Notes under the pieces: model-generated
Database searches by the model: none
Told to the model about the DNA's origin: nothing
Seen by the model: the letters and a program-made list of their open reading frames with translations, nothing else
Shown here: piece after piece, positions 59,353-64,000 of the stretch
Position numbering within the stretch: position 1 is the first letter of the stretch
Layout: the number at the start of each line of letters is the position of its first letter
Translations under genes and position numbers: made by a program
From: a virus
Lineage: Duplodnaviria > Heunggongvirae > Uroviricota > Caudoviricetes
IMG/VR virus record: IMGVR_UViG_2531839402_000001
Reading direction: 5' to 3' (one strand)
DNA: 64,000 nt

Positions 59353-60693
59353 TTAAAGAACTTCCATGATCCGCTCGATGAAGCGCATCTGTTCGAGGTT
59401 CTGCTTAACGCGAATACTCACCCCGCCCTTCTGGTTACGAGAACCAGCAAAATAGAGACGTGCTTCGCCTTTGGCTTCTTCCTCCTCAGTCTTGTTGATA
59501 GTGATGACTAAGTCGGCGATACGGACTTTTTCGATATTGTCCGCGGCGTGCATCATGGTGGCCACTTCGGATGAGCCACCTTCACGATTGGTCTGGGATG
59601 CCGTGATTCCTGCAACGTTGTGCTTATCGTAGAGAGCACGCAGATCGGTGTAGATAGAACGGATGTTCGCCCGGTCGTCACGGAGGTCGTAACTGGCACG
59701 CATCAAATCCGCATAGTCGACCACCACCATATCCGGGATCATGCCATTCGCTTTCATGCTATTGAGCATACGATCCAAATCTGCAGGCGACATGCTTCCT
59801 GACGGGCGCTCAACCACCCAGAGATTCCCCACCCCTTTCGTCGCGCCAAGCTCCGCGAGTTTCCGGTGAACGTCGTCACGCTGCTCTACCAGCTTTGACA
59901 TCTCCGTTTCAGACAGCCGCGCATCGAAGCGATCGGAGAGAATCGAGGTATGCACTTCGAGAGAAAGATACAAAACGTTGTAGCCGGCCAGCGTTGCGTT
60001 AATGGAGAACTCCCCCATCGCTGTCGATTTACCTGATTTCGCAAACCCCATGAAGAGCACCATCTCACGTTTCGCCCAACCTTTTTGATAGAGCATACGA
60101 TCCAGCAGCGGAAGACCGGTGGTGATGCTGTTCGGTACGTAATCATCAGAGGCTTCATATTCACGGGCCTTGTAACGTTCCGCTGCAGAGGCGTAATAGT
60201 CATAAATGCCCGTCGCTTCGTTAGAACCGATCTGCTGCACTTTGGCCATGATGGCCATCGCTCCCTGGAAGTCACCCTTCTCCTTCATCTCGGCCGCTTT
60301 AATCAACGCATCGTCGAACGCTACACTTTTAGCGAACGTCGCGACCTGGTCGACCATGTAAGCCGTATCAGAGAGTTTTTCCGAGAGCACCCGCTTAAAC
60401 GCCGCCACAACGTCCGGGAACATCTCTTCTCTGATCGTCTTATCGCGTTTAGCACGCTTCAACATATCGAGGATGGCCGCCGATGAAGGCGCGCTCTTAT
60501 ACATTCTGAAATAGCCCGATACCATGTTCACCAGTATGGCGTTCGCCGCATTGGAGAATTGGTTGGGGGCAACCAGATCGCCGGCACGAGTCAGAAACTC
60601 ATGATCGCGGCAAAAATACGCCGCCAGACGATTCTGGAAGTCGTCGTCGAACTCTTCAGACAACCCTCGTCCCGTGTGGCAAAGTTCGGTCAT
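59353..60693 (-). CDS. DnaB-like replicative DNA helicase
   Basis: RecA-fold Walker A FMGFAKSGKST, Walker B VVVDYADLM, N-terminal helical domain; sits beside the primase. Confidence 0.7.
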   Translation of the reverse strand: MTELCHTGRGLSEEFDDDFQNRLAAYFCRDHEFLTRAGDLVAPNQFSNAANAILVNMVSGYFRMYKSAPSSAAILDMLKRAKRDKTIREEMFPDVVAAFKRVLSEKLSDTAYMVDQVATFAKSVAFDDALIKAAEMKEKGDFQGAMAIMAKVQQIGSNEATGIYDYYASAAERYKAREYEASDDYVPNSITTGLPLLDRMLYQKGWAKREMVLFMGFAKSGKSTAMGEFSINATLAGYNVLYLSLEVHTSILSDRFDARLSETEMSKLVEQRDDVHRKLAELGATKGVGNLWVVERPSGSMSPADLDRMLNSMKANGMIPDMVVVDYADLMRASYDLRDDRANIRSIYTDLRALYDKHNVAGITASQTNREGGSSEVATMMHAADNIEKVRIADLVITINKTEEEEAKGEARLYFAGSRNQKGGVSIRVKQNLEQMRFIERIMEVL

Positions 60694-60757
60694 GTGTTTG
60701 TTATCCTTTGATGCTTAAACAAGTTGTTTTCTAATCGTAAAAATATGGAGCAGGCAA

Positions 60758-61483
60758 TCAACACAGTCGCCGTGCTTCTTCCAGTTCTTCCGGGTAATGG
60801 GCATAGATAACGCGCTCGGGCACCAGCTCCATCAACCAGACAGCAGAGAAGATGGTGCGGATACGCTTATCACGGGTGATGTGCTTCAAACGCTCCAGAA
60901 CCCATTCAAAGTAACGTTCCTGAATTGGGTCATGCTGCATGTCTCCTAAGTGCTTAAAACTCACTACAGAGTCATCCAGACGCGTTCCCGCACGATTGGC
61001 GAGTTTGCTTTCGAAGATCTCAATCAGTTCTGGCTGCCAGAGATGCTGAGGGCGAGGTAATTTGTCCCAGAGCCGGCGCGCAGCTGCAGAGAGAACAGTT
61101 GATATAAAATAGTCATAAGAGCAGCAATATCTATCTGCAAACTGGCGAGCTTTCCAAAGGGATGTTTTGTTCACCGCCGATAGCTCTTGGTAAGGCAAGC
61201 GTTTCAGGCCAGTACTAAATGGCGCCGTCTCGAAATGCTCGCGGCCATGAGACAGCATGATCTGTGAGTATGCACGCTTATAGGCTTCCGTGAACAGGCA
61301 GGTTGCCATCAGCGGGTGCATGTCGCGATAGTCAAACCACTTCGTATCAAAGAGCTCAGCCTCCCCCTGGCATCGTGAAAGACCGATGTTTTCCGCAACC
61401 CACTTGTCCATGGCCGCTGTGTCCCACTCCATCATGAAGTCGTACTGGCCGTTGTTTATGGTGTCAAAAAAGATCTGGCTCAT
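60758..61483 (-). CDS. Hypothetical protein
   Basis: 241-aa ORF. Confidence 0.45.
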   Translation of the reverse strand: MSQIFFDTINNGQYDFMMEWDTAAMDKWVAENIGLSRCQGEAELFDTKWFDYRDMHPLMATCLFTEAYKRAYSQIMLSHGREHFETAPFSTGLKRLPYQELSAVNKTSLWKARQFADRYCCSYDYFISTVLSAAARRLWDKLPRPQHLWQPELIEIFESKLANRAGTRLDDSVVSFKHLGDMQHDPIQERYFEWVLERLKHITRDKRIRTIFSAVWLMELVPERVIYAHYPEELEEARRLC

Positions 61484-61655
61484 GCTCTCACCGATAGGTA
61501 ACTACTTACTTATTGCTTGGTAGATCATAGCGACTGGGAAGCAGTTTGGAAAGAGGAATCAGAAGGGTGTGTACTGGAGTGTTCTTGTATCAAAGACCTG
61601 CTTCTGTATATTATTATACTTCCAGTATTAAAATTACTACAGAAGCAGGCAAATA

Positions 61656-63374
61656 TTAATCAATATCTATCTTTAACAATCTTTCAACTCTTATTTTATT
61701 CAATTGCGAAGTTCTTGCCACTCTTTTAATTGCAGCTATTGCTTTATCAGTTATTTGAGTCTGGCCAGGTATAGGATCAACGTGGTCGTCAAATTTAAGA
61801 AGGCCATGCCTAATCTTATCCAAAACATCTTCGTTACAGGTAACAATCCAGTTGTAATAATCATCTTCACTGTATGCATTTAAAGCATCAATATGTAATG
61901 AAGAGTAATTATTACTGCTCGATAACCGGCCAAGCAACTCATCTAAATCATATTCGGCCTTTCTTATTTGATTTAATTTATTATTAATCAATTCATATAA
62001 GCCTTTATGCTCAATGGTGCTGTTTATCAATAAATTATATTCTTTATTAAGTGAACCTCTACTAATAAGATCATCAACATATTGAGTAATATAACTATCG
62101 CAGTTAACGCCTAACTCCTCTAGAATAATAAAAATCGAGGAAACCTTGCTAAGAGGTATTCTCGACCTATACTCCTCTATTGCTCCTTTCAATGCATCAA
62201 CAAAATCATCTTGGTTTGTATTGAAAGAATCTCTAAAAACACTCCATATTTCATCTAACTTTCTATTTATCGCTATATCTTCATAATCTTTATTTTTAGC
62301 CTTCACCGCACTTTCAAAACTGAAGTTGGAAGGCAAATATCCATGCTTAAAGTAATAATCAATCCCGTAATCAAATAAATTATCAGAATTTGTAAATGAC
62401 ATATCTAACTGCTCTATGAATTTTTCAGTGGCTGACATTTCGTCATCATTAGTATGATAACTATCAGCCATTGCTCTGGGTTGTATTTTTTTGAAAAATT
62501 CATCATAGGGCAACTCATCAGCCCCTGAGTAAAATACATATGCAAAAAGAACAACTCTGAAAGTAAAATCTTTCCGCACTTCCCTGCACGCTGTTGTGAA
62601 TTCAGACTCATATGCGTAAAGAGTCTTTTTTATTTTATTCAATATTCTAATATTTTTTAAATTTAAAGCATCTGCCGCACTTTTTATAAATTCAAAATTC
62701 GGATCGTTATGTGGAAATATTTTTCTGACATTATCAATGACGTCAGGTTTATACATAATGTCACGATCGACAATTTTTTCTCGATATTCTATAAATTGTC
62801 TTTCTTCATCATTCTTAGTTAAGTTATTTTCATTGTAAATCAATATTATCTTACATGCTTTTGATCTTGCAAGGTCATCAACTAACCCCATGAAGTCTTT
62901 TATCTCTAAAGAGCTACCTTTTCTCTCAAGATCGTCAAAACAAATTAAATATTTACTTACATAATTATAACCATCAAAAATTGTAAATTCGGAGGATTTA
63001 AGGCCAAACCCGCTTATCCCTATGCTAAAGTTATTAAAGATCTTTTTACTTACTTTGTTATACCTTACGCACTTATATACTCCCGAGAAAAACCTCTCCA
63101 TCATTTGTTGTTTTTTCTCTAGTAAATCCTCTCTATAAAGTTTTTGATTAAGCGGTATAGTGGAAGGGAATAGTTTTTTCTTAATTTCTTCAATAGAATT
63201 AAGACCAAATAGAGAAACATATGAATATGCAATCTGATCAATTTCTCTTTTATTTCTTTTACCTTCGTAGTAACGGTTCCAAAAATGTGTTTTCCCTACT
63301 CCCCATTCACCTTTAATTACTGCAACCCTGTCATCAGAAGCCAAAAATTCATCTAAAATTTTTGTTATGGACAT
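61656..63374 (-). CDS. KAP-family P-loop NTPase
   Basis: KAP-type Walker A KGEWGVGKTHFW; Walker B FDDLERKG region. AT-rich. ATG at 63374 with AGGAG RBS chosen. Confidence 0.55.
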   Translation of the reverse strand: MSITKILDEFLASDDRVAVIKGEWGVGKTHFWNRYYEGKRNKREIDQIAYSYVSLFGLNSIEEIKKKLFPSTIPLNQKLYREDLLEKKQQMMERFFSGVYKCVRYNKVSKKIFNNFSIGISGFGLKSSEFTIFDGYNYVSKYLICFDDLERKGSSLEIKDFMGLVDDLARSKACKIILIYNENNLTKNDEERQFIEYREKIVDRDIMYKPDVIDNVRKIFPHNDPNFEFIKSAADALNLKNIRILNKIKKTLYAYESEFTTACREVRKDFTFRVVLFAYVFYSGADELPYDEFFKKIQPRAMADSYHTNDDEMSATEKFIEQLDMSFTNSDNLFDYGIDYYFKHGYLPSNFSFESAVKAKNKDYEDIAINRKLDEIWSVFRDSFNTNQDDFVDALKGAIEEYRSRIPLSKVSSIFIILEELGVNCDSYITQYVDDLISRGSLNKEYNLLINSTIEHKGLYELINNKLNQIRKAEYDLDELLGRLSSSNNYSSLHIDALNAYSEDDYYNWIVTCNEDVLDKIRHGLLKFDDHVDPIPGQTQITDKAIAAIKRVARTSQLNKIRVERLLKIDID

Positions 63375-63415
63375 AATTAATGCTCCTAAGAAAAAGGCGC
63401 CTAACGCGCCTTCAA

Positions 63416-63778
63416 TCAACTCTTTTTCATCAGCTCACGCTTTATTTCGTCAGTACGCATCGTCACATCAGCAGCGGTGATCGCCTCGTTCATCTTTACG
63501 ATGTCCTCAATTTCCTGCGGGGACTTCTCTGCCAGATGGAAAATGGCTGCTCGTATCACATCAGAACGGGTGAACTTCTCGAAGCGAGGGATGAACTTCA
63601 TCATCTCCAGTAATTCGAAATACTCGTCTTCAAGCGACATCGTGCGGCTTTTGATTTTCTCTTTACCACGTGTTGGACGGCCTTGTGGACGGACAGGCTG
63701 GCGCATCGGTGTGCTGCTTTTAGGCGCAGCAGCTTCCGCAGCCGGACGTTTTGCCAGATCACCCATTTTCATGGACAT
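63416..63778 (-). CDS. Small partition/centromere-binding protein (ParG/RHH-like)
   Basis: Immediately downstream of parA; basic disordered N-terminus plus short helical C-terminus, as in type Ib partition RHH adaptors. Confidence 0.45.
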   Translation of the reverse strand: MSMKMGDLAKRPAAEAAAPKSSTPMRQPVRPQGRPTRGKEKIKSRTMSLEDEYFELLEMMKFIPRFEKFTRSDVIRAAIFHLAEKSPQEIEDIVKMNEAITAADVTMRTDEIKRELMKKS

Positions 63779-63780
63779 TA

Positions 63781-64000
63781 TTCACCCTCCAAGGTCATTA
63801 CGTATTCTACTAATGCTTCAATCTCGGCCTCAGCCTTTTTGTCGCGTTCGGCTCCGGTCATCTCAAAGATTGAACGGCCCGCCTCTTCGGCATCGTCATA
63901 GACGTTGCGGTTGTAAAGGTTCACCGGTGCCGCCTCGATACCGAAGGTTTCGACAATTTCTTTTGCAGCGATAATGCGCGCCGCCTGTGAAGGCAGAGAC
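63781..64000 (-). CDS. parA: ParA/SopA-family partition ATPase (3' part only; continues beyond window)
   Basis: C-terminal translation ...NLYNRNVYDDAEEAGRSIFEMTGAERDKKAEAEIEALVEYV typical of the ParA C-terminal helix. Confidence 0.6.

Noticed and set aside
1-64000. Insertion sequences / transposases
   Set aside because: No ORF with DDE, HUH or serine-recombinase transposase motifs and no terminal inverted repeats flanking the AT-rich islands were seen. The islands appear to be bare gene cassettes.

Overview
The window looks like the replication and nucleotide-metabolism backbone of an enterobacterial phage-plasmid of the SSU5/pHCM2 kind, though no database search was possible. Plasmid hallmarks are an IncFIB-type RepA (27923..28978), two fields of ~19-22 bp iterons on either side of it, and DnaA-box/GATC-cluster origin modules. 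A parA plus small ribbon-helix-helix (RHH) centromere-binding gene sits at the right edge. A long, almost uniformly minus-strand phage module follows. It encodes: RNase HI; two orphan N6-adenine methyltransferases; a DnaQ-like exonuclease; a dNMP-kinase-like P-loop protein; DHFR; ThyA; a MazG-like pyrophosphohydrolase; NrdAB; a RuvC-like resolvase; Rad50/Mre11-like SbcCD; a RecA-like recombinase; a FEN-type 5'-3' exonuclease; a gp32-like SSB; a 1172-aa DnaE; a CobS/CobT-like AAA+/vWA pair; glutaredoxin; PhoH; an ATP-dependent DNA ligase; a DnaG-like primase; a DnaB-like helicase; and a tRNA-Lys(UUU). Several visibly AT-rich islands interrupt this backbone. Each carries a candidate defence or conflict gene: a 689-aa STAND-like ATPase fused to a C-terminal PD-(D/E)xK-like nuclease (4706..6775); a GTPase with a DUF697-like membrane domain (11043..12158); an AbiH-like gene with a 463-aa partner beside the tRNA (50740..53093); a KAP-family P-loop NTPase beside the par operon (61656..63374); and a YafO-like toxin with a non-canonical 202-aa upstream partner beside a tyrosine recombinase. 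Two families of conserved intergenic palindromes lie just 5' of start codons across the module. One is about 19 copies of ATAGGTAAGTACTTACCTAT. The other is five copies of AGAAAACAATTTGTTTAA. Two ORF-free structured regions are also present. Protein identifications rest on motifs I recognise in the translated ORFs and should be confirmed by homology search.
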